64,000 nucleotides of DNA, from NCBI GenBank assembly GCA_951406725.2, contig OX597838.1:42780001-42844000 (forward strand), read 5' to 3'. The notes below the pieces were generated by a model. The model had not been told where the DNA came from. It saw only the letters and a list, made by a program, of their open reading frames with translations, and made no database searches. This DNA comes from Octopus vulgaris. Its lineage: Eukaryota. The translations under genes and the position numbers were made by a program. Shown in pieces: positions 50,796-64,000 of the stretch (position 1 is the first letter of the stretch; each line of letters starts with the position of its first letter).

Positions 50796-52064
50796 GAATG
50801 GTTGACCTAACATTGCAGTTCAAGATATCTAACAACACTGTAGAAAGTACTAATTAATCAATCAATCAGTCCACATGGCCAGCTTATGCAGCATTATTAT
50901 GCAAATTAAACTGATCCGTTTAGCAGAGCCCTGGCTTCTATCCGCTATAAATAGCTGGACGGGCCCGTTTAGCTGTGTCCAAGTTTAGATACACAATAAA
51001 TAGTAACAAGCAACTAATTGGCCCAGCAGCAGCAGAAAATAGCTACTCTTTCTGTTATGAAGATGTAACCAGTCAGATGGAATCCTTTTTTTTCTTTTCT
51101 GTCCACAGAGAGAGATTAACCAGTGATGTAGCTATGCTGTATAAAGAAAGTGGACATATTTCCAATTAGATGAACACACTCACAGACACACACTACATCA
51201 ATTGTGATAAAAAGAACAAAACAATGTGGAGTTGTTATTTAGCCTCACTCCAACCATGCCCAGACCTACCTATGATCAAAAGCATTCCAGCCAAGGCTAC
51301 ACCATCTTATTCTAGCAACCACATTATCCTATCTATGCTTTCAGGAAGGACATCTGGCAACAGAAAATCTGCCTTAATCAACTCCCTCTGACCCATGGCA
51401 AGAATGGAAGGGAGGGGGATGTTTAAAGCAATGATGATGAGTATAGAGGGACTTAACTAAAATAATCCTCATCCTCCTTTGATGTGGTTGAACAACTAAC
51501 CCCAATCAATGTAGGGATTCTGCTATTTGTCCTTTCAATCACTGAATACAAACCATGGCTCACGAGACCTCCGTTCAGGTGATTCCCTGGGGTCACCTTC
51601 TCACCCGTGTATGCCAATCAACCTCAGGGGGGACCCATTTACAGCTGAATGGACTGGAACAACGTGAAATGAGGTGTCTTGCTCAAGGACACAATGTGCA
51701 GCCAGCCAGGGAATCGAAACCCTCATCTCACAACTGAGAGTGCAACACCCCAACCACTAGGCCAAGTGCATTCATTAGTAACCATTAACAGTGTGTGTTG
51801 TTAGAAACATGGTCCCAAGTGAATCTTTTAGCATTCACATTATTCTGTCAAACGTAATGCTCATCTATTGACCTTGCTCTGAATTAATCATCCATTGTCA
51901 GGTAGCTTTGAAATTTTGATGAAGTAATTATTTATTTTTAGAATGCCATTGTAGGGTAGGTAAGAGAGGCCGAATGTGGCTAGTTGGAATATAAAACATA
52001 AAATATTTGGGCTGGATATGGCCAGTTTAAATGTTAAAGCTTACTATCTGTTGACAAAGATTAT

Positions 52065-53015
52065 CCTCTGCAGTCACAAGCCCATGTTTCACGGCTGTGT
52101 AGCATGGCTGTTTGCATACAGGCATCATACAATTGCCTTTCACTCTGAGAGAAAGGCCTTTGTTGCCAATAAAGGCAGAAGCTCTCTAAACTTTGCCCAG
52201 CCTGTTCTTATTCTAGCAGCTATGCTCTCAGAGCATCCACCTCCACTGCTCACTTGGTCACCTAGGTAACGAAAGCTATCAACTACTTCTAGGTATCCTT
52301 GATGGCATTTAATGGAGTCTATTTTCTGAATGTGTGGGAGTCAAATGCACAAGTACAATAAGCTCTAGAAACAAACTATATTCCCTGTCAACCTTCCCCT
52401 GATATTGCTGCACCTCTTATGTGTCCATAGCTTGTACTATCTTATGGAATTTCTACCTATGCCTTTTCTACATATTGAGCAGGGCCATCTCCCTGGAGGG
52501 ATTTGTGATTTGTCTATTTTCCTATTTACTAAAACTCTTTGATTCCAGACCTTGATTCCACTCCTGAAATTTTTTTTTTTCAGTTCTGGTAGTGATTCAA
52601 CAATAAGAATAAGGTCACCAGCAAAGAGGAGCTGCCAGGGGACAGTCCGACTTAAATTCCACTGGAGGACTATGATGAACAAGAAAGGGCTGGTGAACTC
52701 CTACTTGTAGACTGAATTCATTGCTGTACTCCTTGCCAATCCACACCTTACTGTCAGCTCCCTGTACAAGGTTTGTACAGCTCTCACCAAACATTCCTCT
52801 ATCCCTAGTTTCTACAATGACCACTAGATAAGGGATTGGGGGATCCTGTCAAAGGCTTTCTCCATGTCAACAAAAGCTAAGTTTAGTTTTTGGCTAGGAA
52901 CTTCTCCTGCAACTGTCTTACAAGGAATATAGCATCAGTGGTGCTTCTCCCTGGCACAAAACCAAACTGCATCTCATCTAGCCTAACTTTCTTCCTAATC
53001 ACCATATCAATCATA
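52065..53015 (-). mobile_element. Older RTE LINE RT fragment (frameshifted)
   Basis: MQFGFVPGRSTTDAIF, LAFVDMEKAFDRIP, VPWQLLFAGDL (YADD-equivalent, degenerate), GRWPCSICRKGIGRNSI. Confidence 0.88.
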
Positions 53016-55547
53016 TTAACCAAATATCAACAACGAATACAAAAGAATAGACTGGAGATTTTTTTTATGGTTTTGGCTTAATTAAAATTAAGCAAATTTA
53101 TCAAATTCAATTTGTCAAAATGCAATAAATGTGAAAACTGACATTTTAAATTTAATTTTATGTTTTGTATTGATTTGGTTATGGATTCTTTTAATCCTCA
53201 ATGGGAAAAACTGGATCAATGAGACGAAACCATTGTCTTCAAAGAGCTAATGAATCTGATTATAAAGGGGAAACTAGAATAGAACATGTTGTGTGTATTT
53301 ACAATGTTGTAAGCTCATCCATAACAGGTGAGGCAGACAGGTAATACAAGAGACCTGTCTTTTGTAACAGAGAAAATAGACAAATTGTGAAGAATAAAAA
53401 TTCCAGCTTAAACCGGCGGCAGTTGATTGTTAAACATTAGTTTTATCGTATTCTCTTAGAAGCCATTTTTAATGTAAAAATTAGATTTTCTTTTATAAGT
53501 GACATATAAGAGAGAATAGGAACAGAGAAAGAGAGGGAGAAAGAGAATGAAGGCAAAGAGGGGAGGGAGAGAAAGAAAGAGAGGAGAAGAGTTATATTTG
53601 AATGATTAAAAGAACATTCCATATTATTTTAGCTGCCTTTTAATACTTTGAACACGGAAAGTGACTGAATCTGCTCCAAATTTTAGAATTCCTAATTGCA
53701 AAAAGTGGGGTTTAACCCAAAGCATTGGAAAGAAACTACTTCTTACGTTGCAAGGTGTGGAGGCACAGCAAGTGAGGTTTTTACAAAAGGCATTTCCCAC
53801 ATTTTCTTCATTTTTTCCACATATTTCATCAAATCACTCTTTGCAGAGCAAGAATCAAAAATACTTTTTAGTGGTGGATATGAAAAACAATTCCCACAGG
53901 AAATATTGGAAAAGTACGACAGAAGCAGAAAATATTGGTTTCAAATTTTAGCACAAGGAGGGGGGGGGGTACGTCAGTTACAAATATCCGTCAAATGTAA
54001 ATAATGGAACTTATTTTATCAACTGGCAAGAGAATGAAAAGCCACTAAGTATTTTGCTTGGTGTGGTAATGGTTTGGTCAGAAGCAGAAAATATTAATTT
54101 TTGGTGGATAATTAACATCCTTATGGGAATAACCATGAAATTTAATTAAGCAATTAAGGCATTGAACTAGCAGAATCATTAGAATTTCAGGACAAATGTC
54201 TTGAGACATTTGTTTCAAACGTTTTCTATTCTGAGTTCAAATCCTGCCTTGATCAACTTAGCTCTTCAGTCTTTCAGGGTTGATAAAATAAAGAAGGATT
54301 AATGCCATCAGCCAATCCTAATCCCTTCCCTTCAAAATTGCTGGCCTTGTGCTTGAATTAGAAACTGTTGTTTTAATTATTCTTATTCAATGATTTCTGG
54401 TAAAATAGAAATTAGTCTAGCCTCAACATTTATAATAATTACAATATATTTTAGTCAAGATGAACTTTTATTTAATCCTTCAACATTCAGGCTAATCTAA
54501 TGCTTATCTATTCATATTGTCTTGAATTAATTACACATTATCTCATAGCTTTCAGATTTTCATGATTGTATACTTTGTTTTTAGAATGGCATTGCAGTGT
54601 AAGTACAAGAGATCAGATCTGGCCAACCTGAACATAGAACAAGTAGGATATTTGGGCCTGATATTGCCAGATTAAATGCTCAAGGGTTAATTTATTACTC
54701 GTTATAAAATTTGGGTGATTAAAAAAAAAATAAATCAAAAATAAACCAAAGATGAAAACGTTGAGTGTGTGGTCAAGAAGTTTACAGAGTTCTAGGTTTG
54801 ATTATTTCCCTGCAGGCTACTTTGGCCATTAAGTTGACCATTGCCCTGTGAGTGAAATAGGGTCTATGCGAAAGCCCACCATACTTACGCTAATGTTTTC
54901 CACCTATGTATATATCAGAAAGCGTACACATCAATAAGAAAACCATTAAAAAAAAATTTGTTTAAACCAGTGGCTTTTGAACAAAACTCTGTTGCAATGT
55001 TTGTTCTGCATCAAGCTACAAACACTCCCTTGCCCATCTCACTGTCAGAAATGCAGTCAGCCAGTGATCAACCCATTGGAAGCCAATAATCAATGATGCT
55101 ATTGATCTCCGTCACTGTTGTTTTAATGTCTACCTTCTCATGCCTGCATGGGTTAAATGAGAGTATGCTGTAGCAAGGTTTTCCAGGGCTGGATGCCCTT
55201 CCTGTCACCAACCCCTGTTTCCATGTGAGATAATAACCTGCCAGTCTATCAAACAAACCACCCAGATATGGTTTTGTGGAGCAGTGAGAATAAACAAGAC
55301 CAAAAGCAAAGCCGGTGTTTACAACCAGCGAGTGAAATACAAAATCACTGACACAAATACACACACAAGGCCTTGGTTGATCCAGGGTTTTAGAAGATAC
55401 ATGTCCAAGGTGCCATGCAGTGGGATTGAACCTGAAACTTCATACTTGACAAGCAACTTCTTAACCATACAGGCACAAAGAAACAACAAACAGAACAGCA
55501 AATTCATGAGAGTTGATTTTTAAGGATCAACAGATTTTTAAGGATCA

Positions 55548-56020
55548 ACGTAAAAAGCACTATCCGACTCGTGGCCGTGGCACGTAAAATACTCCAATGC
55601 GACCGTACGACAGGCACCCATGCCAACCCCCTTTGCTTGTGAAGACATGTTGGGGCAAGCGAAATCGAAATCGAATTGAACCAGCCAGGATCCCTGGTCT
55701 GGTGGTACGTAAAAAGCACTATCCGACTCGTGGCCGATGCCAGCACCGCCTCGACTGGCTTCCGTGCCGGTGGCACATAAAATACACCAATCTGACCGTG
55801 GCCGTTGCCAGCCCCGCCTGGCACCTGTGCAGGTGGCACGTAAAAAGCACCCACTACACTCATGGAGTGGTTGGCGTTAGGAAGGGCATCCAGCTGTAGA
55901 AACATTGCCAGATTAGACTGGAGCCTGGTGCAGCCTTCTGGCTTCCCAGAACCCCGGTCGAACCGTCCAACCCATGCTAGCATGGAGAACGGACGTTAAA
56001 CGATGATGATGATGATGATG
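55548..56020 (+). mobile_element. RTE 3' UTR-only insertion with (GAT)n tail
   Basis: Homologous to the reverse complement of 40209-40760. Confidence 0.85.
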
Positions 56021-57599
56021 AACAGACATGACATAATTCCAGTATGGAAGCATTTAGTATCCGACCTAATTTTATAAGCTGCTAAGTACAGTGCAAAGGG
56101 GAGATTTTCATTCCCAATTACTTGCAAACAAGTTTTTAAAGCTTCTCAACTTTATTGCTACATGTATAAAACATTGGCTGGGATTCATCAAAGAATGCAA
56201 AACCTCAACAAATACTGCCACATGATGCAACGAAACAGACGTCGGTCAACAATCAGCTATTACCATTATTACTGTTATTATTACCATCACCGTTTTCTGC
56301 TTCATCATAAAGCTTCACCGCTCTATACAGAAACGTATGCTCTGGCCCAGTTATACAATTTGTTGTGTGTAGCTTTTGTATGACTCGCAAGCTTTTGTCT
56401 GCGTTAACAATTACTAATGTTCACATTATAATGGGTCGTTCTCTGTATACATTTAACCCCCATCCTCCACTCGACAATAAAGAAACATTCTTCCTCGACT
56501 CTTATTATTAATGTCTGTCCAAATGGTTTGCTTTCATTTCCCAATCTATTTGTGCAGCCATCTCCCTAGATTTTGTAACCTGGTTGCTTTCAACAATAGT
56601 TGTGGCCAAATGATTGATAGTCATTGATTTCTAGCATATTGTCCAACATGTGTAACAGCCTATTTGGCCATGCAGCCTCACGGATGATCTTGTCTATATT
56701 TCCCCTCATCTTATCATATGGGCAAATATCAGCTTATGATGTGATGGTCATAAATACTCCGAGTAAGAGTTTGTCAAGTTTTTTCAGCTTCAATAAAACA
56801 AAATTTTACTCTACCTTTAGTGTTTGAATGACATCTTCTCCAGTTTGTTTTGCAACTGTGTCCTCACATGTGTGTGTGTGTGTGGGGGGGGTATTGACTT
56901 TAGACAGCAAAAGACTATTTTGTCAACTGCTTCCTGGTATTCAGTGCAGTGAAATCTACGATCTCAAACCTATTGTAGAAACTATCTCAATCTGTACCGT
57001 GTCCCTCATCAAGAAACAGCTAAGTACACCCAGTTTATATAATTGTTGTTCTTGTGGTTGTTACTGGTAAAAATCAGCAGAGCAGTATTTCTTCTGGCTC
57101 TTTACATTCTGAGTTCAAATCTTGTTGAGGTGAACTTTGCCTTTCATCCCTCCAGGGTCATTAAAATAAGGTACCTGTCAAGTATTGCTATTGATTTAAT
57201 CAACAAGCTTCTACCCTTAAGTTTCTGGGTTTTACCAATGCTAAAAAAAGGAAGGGGTAGAAAGCAAAATCGAAGGCTCTGACACTCAAAATCGTTGCAT
57301 CAAAGGAAGAACTGGTGGGCAAATAAGAAGAAGAGAAGGGGCCAGAAAAGGCATCACAAACGACATGTCAGGAGCAACGAGAGTACTTAATGTTTTTTTT
57401 TATGTGAAACACAAAGGTGGCATCGCCAAAGGTCTGGTGCATTCTCCAAGGCATGAAAGAAGAGAAGCTGTTCAATGGAGCCAGATGCCAGAGGTGCATC
57501 ACAGTAACAAAGTCACAATTCAGTCTTCACTGGAACAGGATGGTAATAATTCTAAGAAGATGTATGCAGCTTTTCAACAACACTTTGTTCAATGTTTTA

Positions 57600-58030
57600 A
57601 AGAGAGTCATGGGCCAGAGGTGAATTTCAGTGCCAACCTCAATAGCCTGCCATGGCTCTCAGCAAAAGATGTGGAGTGCTGAGAAAAGCCAATAAGAGCA
57701 ACTGAGATACGGCTTGCAGTAAGTAAGGGTCTGATGAGCAAACTCTCTGCTTTGAATAGACTGCTCTATGAGCTTTATGCATACACAGAAGAATCGTTTG
57801 GTAATGTTTACTGAAACTTGTAGCAGAATGGGGGACTTCCCAGTTTTTCGAGTGAAGGAAGGTTAGAACTGCAGAAAAAAATGTCATCAGATGGATGGAA
57901 CTGATAATTTCCAGCTCATAATTCTGCTGAATGCAGAAGCTAAGATATTGGTTGAGGGTGGGTGAAAAATCTTGCTTTAGTGTGGCCTTGATCAATTTGG
58001 TTTAACTGAAAGCTCTCAATAAGGTTGAGC
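57600..58030 (+). mobile_element. Highly degenerate L1/Tx1-type reverse transcriptase fragment
   Basis: NSLPWLSAKDVEC*EKPIRATEI..KLSALNRLLYELY and NFQLIILLNAEAKILVE resemble KSPGxDGLPxEFY and NWRPITLLNxDYKILAK. Confidence 0.55.
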
Positions 58031-61000
58031 TTCACTGATTGGCAGCTAGTTTCAATCCTGTTTCCAGTAGCTACATTGCTTCAATGTACAGTGGTAGGCC
58101 ATTCCTGGAATGTGGAATAAGATCAATGCCAGTATATGCAAATGGCATCACTGTAATAGTGTTGAACACTCTTGAAGCAGAGTAAATGGCATTGTTCTGG
58201 AAGAATATGAAGCAGTGACAAGATCAACTCAGACAAAGATGTGGATTCGTAACTAAATACCTGGACAGTGTATTGGAACAACGGACAGACAGACTGGTTA
58301 ATCTACTTGCAGGGGGGGGGGGGGGTCTACATCAGTCTGAATCTCCTGGTGGATAGGAACTAAGACAAGGTAATGACCAGAGTGGCTAGTCTAACAAAAG
58401 AAATGAACTGAGAGGATAGAATCTCTGTAAAGTCAGATAGAAATGGTAAATGCATGCTGGTGCTGCATAAAAAGCACCCAGAATACTCTTCTGAAGTGGT
58501 TGGCATTGGGAAGGGCATCCAGCCATAGAAACCATACCAAAACAGACAAATGGAGCCTGGTCAAGCGCTCCAGCTGGCCATCCCCTGTCAAATTTGCCCA
58601 ACCCTTGCCAGCATGGAAAATGAAGATGATGATGATGATGATGATGATCACCTCCATCATCATCTGACTCTTCAGAGCACAGCAGTTGCTGAATCTTGCC
58701 ACCCTGTACCATTTTATTTCGACTTAGAACATTTGATATTTTGGTGCAGATGTAAAATCTATGAAGAGTTTCTTAATTGCTGACTGAGTTTCTTAGTGCA
58801 GTGCCTAAAAGAAAAAGTGATATCACTCGTAAATAAATAAATGAGAATCGTTAGTATTTGGATGGAAACAAAACTATTTCAAGATGAATTTTCTTAATGC
58901 AACTGTTTTGGCTCAGGACCAAGAACAGGCTTCAACTTGGAGTAAATGATGCTGTGAATGGATTGGCATCATCATTGTCATCATCATCCTTCTTTTAACG
59001 TCCACCTTTCCATGCTTGCATGGGTCAGATGGAATTTGTTGGAGCAGATTTTCTATGGCTGAAAGCCCTTCCTGTTGCCAACCTTCATTTTGTTTTCCTA
59101 TGACCAGCCATACCATCACGGAAGGTTAGAAACAGACAACACCACTCGTATACAACTGCTGTATGTTACGAAGAGAACACACACACACACACAATGGGTT
59201 TCTTTCAGTTTATCAACCAAATCCGCTCACAAGGCTTAACCGTTTAGTATTTAAATGGGCTCAAATATTCTACTTATTTTATCCAGATCTGGCCTTTCAC
59301 ACTTACTTACAATGTCATTCTAGAAAAATTAACAGATACATCATCAAAATCATGAAGGCATGAGATAATGCTTCATTAATTTAAAACAAAGTGAATTTGA
59401 CAAAGCAATCTGAATGCTAAAGGGTTAAATTACTTTCAGATATTCTGCAATATATTGTATCCCTTACGTTACAGGTCTCAAAAGAATCGAGTTGAGTTAA
59501 ATTGCCAACACTGAGGCTCTTTACTGTGACCAAATGGTCATGTTTTCACCCTGAATCGGATTGCTACATCTTTGGGTATATCTGGGGGTACGACTCTAAC
59601 TCTTTAGCATTTAACAAAGCCATATCAGGCCTGACATAAGCTGCTTGTTTTATGTCGATCCTGGCCTTTTACACTTACCACACAATGTCATTCTAAAAAT
59701 AAACAGTCACATCATGAATATCTCAAAGCTATAAGATGATGCAGGATTTTAGTTGAAAACAATGTGAATAAATAAGCATTACATTTGATGAAGCAATCTG
59801 AATGCTAAAGGGTCAAACTGCATCCAGTGGAGGGGCTCTTGTTTGGGAGTTCCAGTGTTCTAAGGAGTGTGGAGCCACTAATTAGCCACTATTATTCGCA
59901 GGTGTACTCTTTCAGAGAAGTACTACCTGTTAAAAACCATGTCCATGTACATAGGGGTCAGGTGTGAATATTGGAACAAACAGCTCTGGACCAAATAACA
60001 GGTGACCCCTTGGTAAGGCTTAGCACCCAGTAACCATACGAGCCTGGGTAACAATGAAATCATAAAATGTAGCCTGGTGAATGTGAACCATTTCGATCTG
60101 CTGCCAATCGCAGTCCTGGGATGCACAAGCAAGATGGTCAGCAATTAAAAGGCCAATATGACTCATTGCTTGAGGCAAGTTATCCAACTGGATGCTAATG
60201 ATGATGATGAGGAGGAGGATCTCTTTGGAGTATTTTGTAAGATTTTGTTTTGATGCTTCAAGATCTAGTGCAAAAAAAGAGCAAAGCAGGCTTATTTCTC
60301 CAGTTATGCTTTGCATCATAAAGAGAGACACGAAAAGAGAGATACAAAATGATGCACATACTATGCTTGATGGCAGACAATGAGTGAAGGAATACAACAT
60401 ATATACAGGGAGAGAGAGAGAGAATCATAAAGAAAGGAAGAGGTGGAGAGGGAGCAAATGACAGAGCAGTTATGGGAGGAGTTACACAAATGAAAAGTTG
60501 GTTTCATTTAATTTTATTTTAAGATAATAAATATTTTTCTTCAGAAAATTATTCATTTCATCAGTTTTGCATCAACACCTGGAAATTTGATAAAAAATTA
60601 TATTTATTGTATACAACCCACTATGCTTCCAGTTACACATCATGCGACAAGCAACACTCAAATGTGTGTGAAAGATTGTAATTAAACAGGCATATTCACA
60701 CTTATTAGATAAAATGCAATTTAGTTTAAGTAAATTGCATTTATCTAATAAGTTAAAAACAAACACATTTTACATAGCAACTTGGATACATTCTGCACTG
60801 GTTGTCAGATATAATAATAATCCTGTCTACTATAGGCACAAGGCCTGAAATTTTGAGGAAGGGGACTAGTCGATTACATTGACCCCAGTACTCAACTGGT
60901 ACTTAATTTATTGATCCCCAAATGGATAAAAAGCAAAGTCGACCTCGACAGAATTTGAACTCAGAACGTAAAAGATGGACAAAATGCCACTAAGCATCTT

Positions 61001-61729
61001 GCCCAGCAAGCTCGGGGGTGGGGTGGGGTGGAATCAGTTGATTACATTGACCCCCATGCTCAACTGGTACCTATTTTACTGACACCCCAAAAGATGAAAG
61101 GCAAAGTTGATCTCAGTGGAATTTGAACTCAGAACATAAAGATGTTAAGTAGTAGAAACAAGTGTTTCTAAAAATTCACAATTAGTTGAAAAAAACCCAA
61201 AAAAACAGACTGGAAATAAAATTAAATCCACAAAAATATATTCCATTATAATAAATTTTCTCTGAAAGACTGCAGCTTTCCCATAAAGTCCTTGGAATGA
61301 CTGACAACAACTTTTTCCATTAAGAAAGGATTATAAACAAAAACCTGAAAGCAAGGAGGGGGTACCAATTAAAAATTTTTTTTTTTTTTTAGTAATTTTA
61401 AAGAATTGGAATTGCTAATGATGAAAACAGGAAAATCCAAAGACCATTTTGTAATCTTCGATGTTCAAAACAGAAATTCTGAAGACTGTTTCTTTGTCAA
61501 AAAAAGTATCAGATACGGAAATGTTACAAGTGGAAGGTGGGGGTATATATGTGACATGGCTTGAAACTCTGCCCTTTCTTTCTAGAACTTTATTAAAGCC
61601 TAACATCACCATTTCAACTCACCTAGATCCATTTTGTGTATCTATTTAATATGCATTCATCCAACTACTAAAATATTATTTTTTGACTGGCAGAGAGTTA
61701 TGGCATCTTGGAGTAAATAAAAATTCTGT

Positions 61730-62600
61730 AGTGAATCCTAGATGAAATCTGGTTTCACTGTTGAGAAACAGGGAAGAAGAATATTTCCCATTTCCCAAAG
61801 AATTTGCTGTGGTGTCATAAAGTCTTCGCTAACCATTCTAGCCTGACAAGGAACTGTTAATTGCATTTCAAGCAGAAGGCATCTAATCTTGGCCACAGTA
61901 GGCAAATGTGCCAACAAAATGAATCGAACCCGTGTGCCACCTACAGAGTTACTTTGAGAATCACAAAACTGTTGCCCTGCTACAAAGAGACGGATTATTC
62001 TTCCAGTGTTAAATAAAACTGTTGATTGAAGGACAATTGACAGCTCAGACAATAGATAATATAATTCCAGAAGTCAAAGAGGTTCCACTAGATATCTTTA
62101 AGAGTCCACAGACATACTATCTGATGCTCAACTACTTGTAGAGGCAACAGGCACAAGGAATTATGATTTTAAAGAAATATGCTTCTCTCATCAACTCTTG
62201 GAAAGCATAACAAAAGGAAACACCAGACCTCTTGCTTCAGAGAATTAGATTCCTGTTTACCTGAGATTAGCCAACTGGATTATCAATTCATTTGCAATCC
62301 TTTTAGAATCAATCCCCACACCAGTTCCAGACAATCTGCAAGATGAATTCGTGGAATTTTTAAATGATTTCATGGCAAAAGATCTCTTAAAGAACTTCTT
62401 AATAAAATTCTGCCGTTTCATGGTGAAGTCTTACCCATCCAAGCCTCAAAGATACTGTTTCCTTCTGTTTAGTGAACAAAGTAATGTTTATAGCCAGAAA
62501 CAAATTCTGTACATGACTGTCAAATGAGAATAATATGTGAGTTTGCCACACAGACATTAGATTTAATAAAACTGATACAAAAGCACAAAGTTAGGAACTT
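61730..62600 (+). mobile_element. Degenerate hAT (Charlie/Buster-like) transposase relic
   Basis: KSGFTVE...LWCHKVFANHS (BED-like start) and WIINSF..PDNLQDEFVEFLND..MVKSYP (hAT dimerization-like), with many stops. Confidence 0.5.
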
Positions 62601-63662
62601 GGTGGTGGTGGTCAGGGGACACTTGATTAAATCAAACCCAGGATTTTACTGTTAACTTATTTCCTTGACTCTGGAAGAGTGAAAGGCAGAATTAACTACG
62701 GTTAAATTTAAACAAAAATATTTGATAACTAGTCTAGAAAATTAGAGAATTCTAGTGTTGAACTTGGGCCTTCATGGTGAACAATGTTCCGTAGAAAACC
62801 TCACCACACACATATAAAAAAAAAAATCTTTCAGCAAAATAATTTTGGGCAGATGTGAATTTAAGCAAAAAGTATTTGAAAACTAGTTGAGAAAATTTGG
62901 ACATTTTTGTCCTTAACCCAGGAGCTCGTCGTGCAAAAATATTTGTCGTCTCTTTTGACTGTTGACAATTGCCACTTATTGTCTGCCTAAGACAAGACCA
63001 ACGATCGTGGTCAAGACGAGGTTACTTCCCTTTGAAAGCATAACATTCGAACGCATGCCATGACAATATTAGATTTCTTAACAGAATACATGTCAATTAG
63101 AACAGGGATTCTTTTCCCTCCGGTTTCACTCTTTAAGTACTTGTCTACCTTAAATGCTGGCCAACTCAACAGCTCTCTTCTAAAACTACATTCATATCCT
63201 CTTTTTATAAAAACTTTGCATTTCTCCAAGAAAACTTTTAGCTGTCATCCATAAAAAAATAAAAAGGGCCATTGCAGACCCACCCCAACTTAGTATTTCT
63301 TTTTTTTTTTCCTACAACTTTTGTGCAACTTAAATTCCTCACACAACATGGTACCAACTAATCTCCCTCATCATTACTCAACACAGCTTTTAATTCTTTC
63401 ATCCATTATCTCCGTCTCCCTCATTTACTCAGCTCCCTTATCCAACACTAATTACATATTTCCATCTAAGATAATTACGCACTCATTTTAAAAATTAACT
63501 CACAATAACTCTTCATAAAACATATTACACCATTCATCTGAAATTATGAACTTCTCTTACAATTTCTATCTCTTTTGAACTATGACAGCTGTAAGTTGCC
63601 AAAAATTAATTCCTAACCTCCAGCGTTACATTCAATCCATAGAGTTATTATCAGTTTTAACA

Positions 63663-63699
<37 letters not shown>

Positions 63700-64000
63700 C
63701 AATGATTTACAATTCAGTTATTTCACTGTCTTTACTGGTTCCTTTCTCATTTCACCAATTCACTTCGTATTATCTCCCCTTGACCTACACTTGAAACTTC
63801 ATTATCAAGAAACATTTTAATTAAGCCATTCGTTATCTTACCCTAAATTAATCAACAGCCTCAGTAATACAAATACAATTGAGTCTTTAACCCTTAAACA
63901 CTTTTAAAACATCATTGAAAAGTCATTTAGCTTTTAATAACAATAACGAGATTATTGTATACAGCATGCTGGTGTGCTAGAATTGGTCAAAAAAGGGATA

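Overview
AT-rich, repeat-dense eukaryotic genomic DNA. The SINE/RTE/MITE repertoire resembles a coleoid cephalopod such as Octopus (inference). The only host gene I can support is nucleoporin Nup50 on the minus strand. It has five coding exons that splice in frame with canonical GT-AG sites (27713-27645, 6731-6648, 6092-5684, 4321-4055, 2586-2490). Its Ran-binding-domain exons lie beyond the left edge, and a non-coding first exon must lie somewhere above 27722. The rest is intron/upstream DNA containing tRNA-derived SINEs, RTE LINE fragments, mariner, piggyBac, hAT and Tx1 relics, MITEs and microsatellites. The most notable observation is a set of minimal hammerhead-ribozyme motifs in at least three unrelated repeat families: a tRNA-headed SINE with a hammerhead in its 3' part, a fold-back Penelope-like element, and a third short repeat. 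There is also a possible nested double-hammerhead-like fold just downstream of a TATA/Inr-like core promoter, several long near-perfect hairpins, and POU/MEF2/Fox motif islands. All calls were made by eye, with no database search or folding computation.
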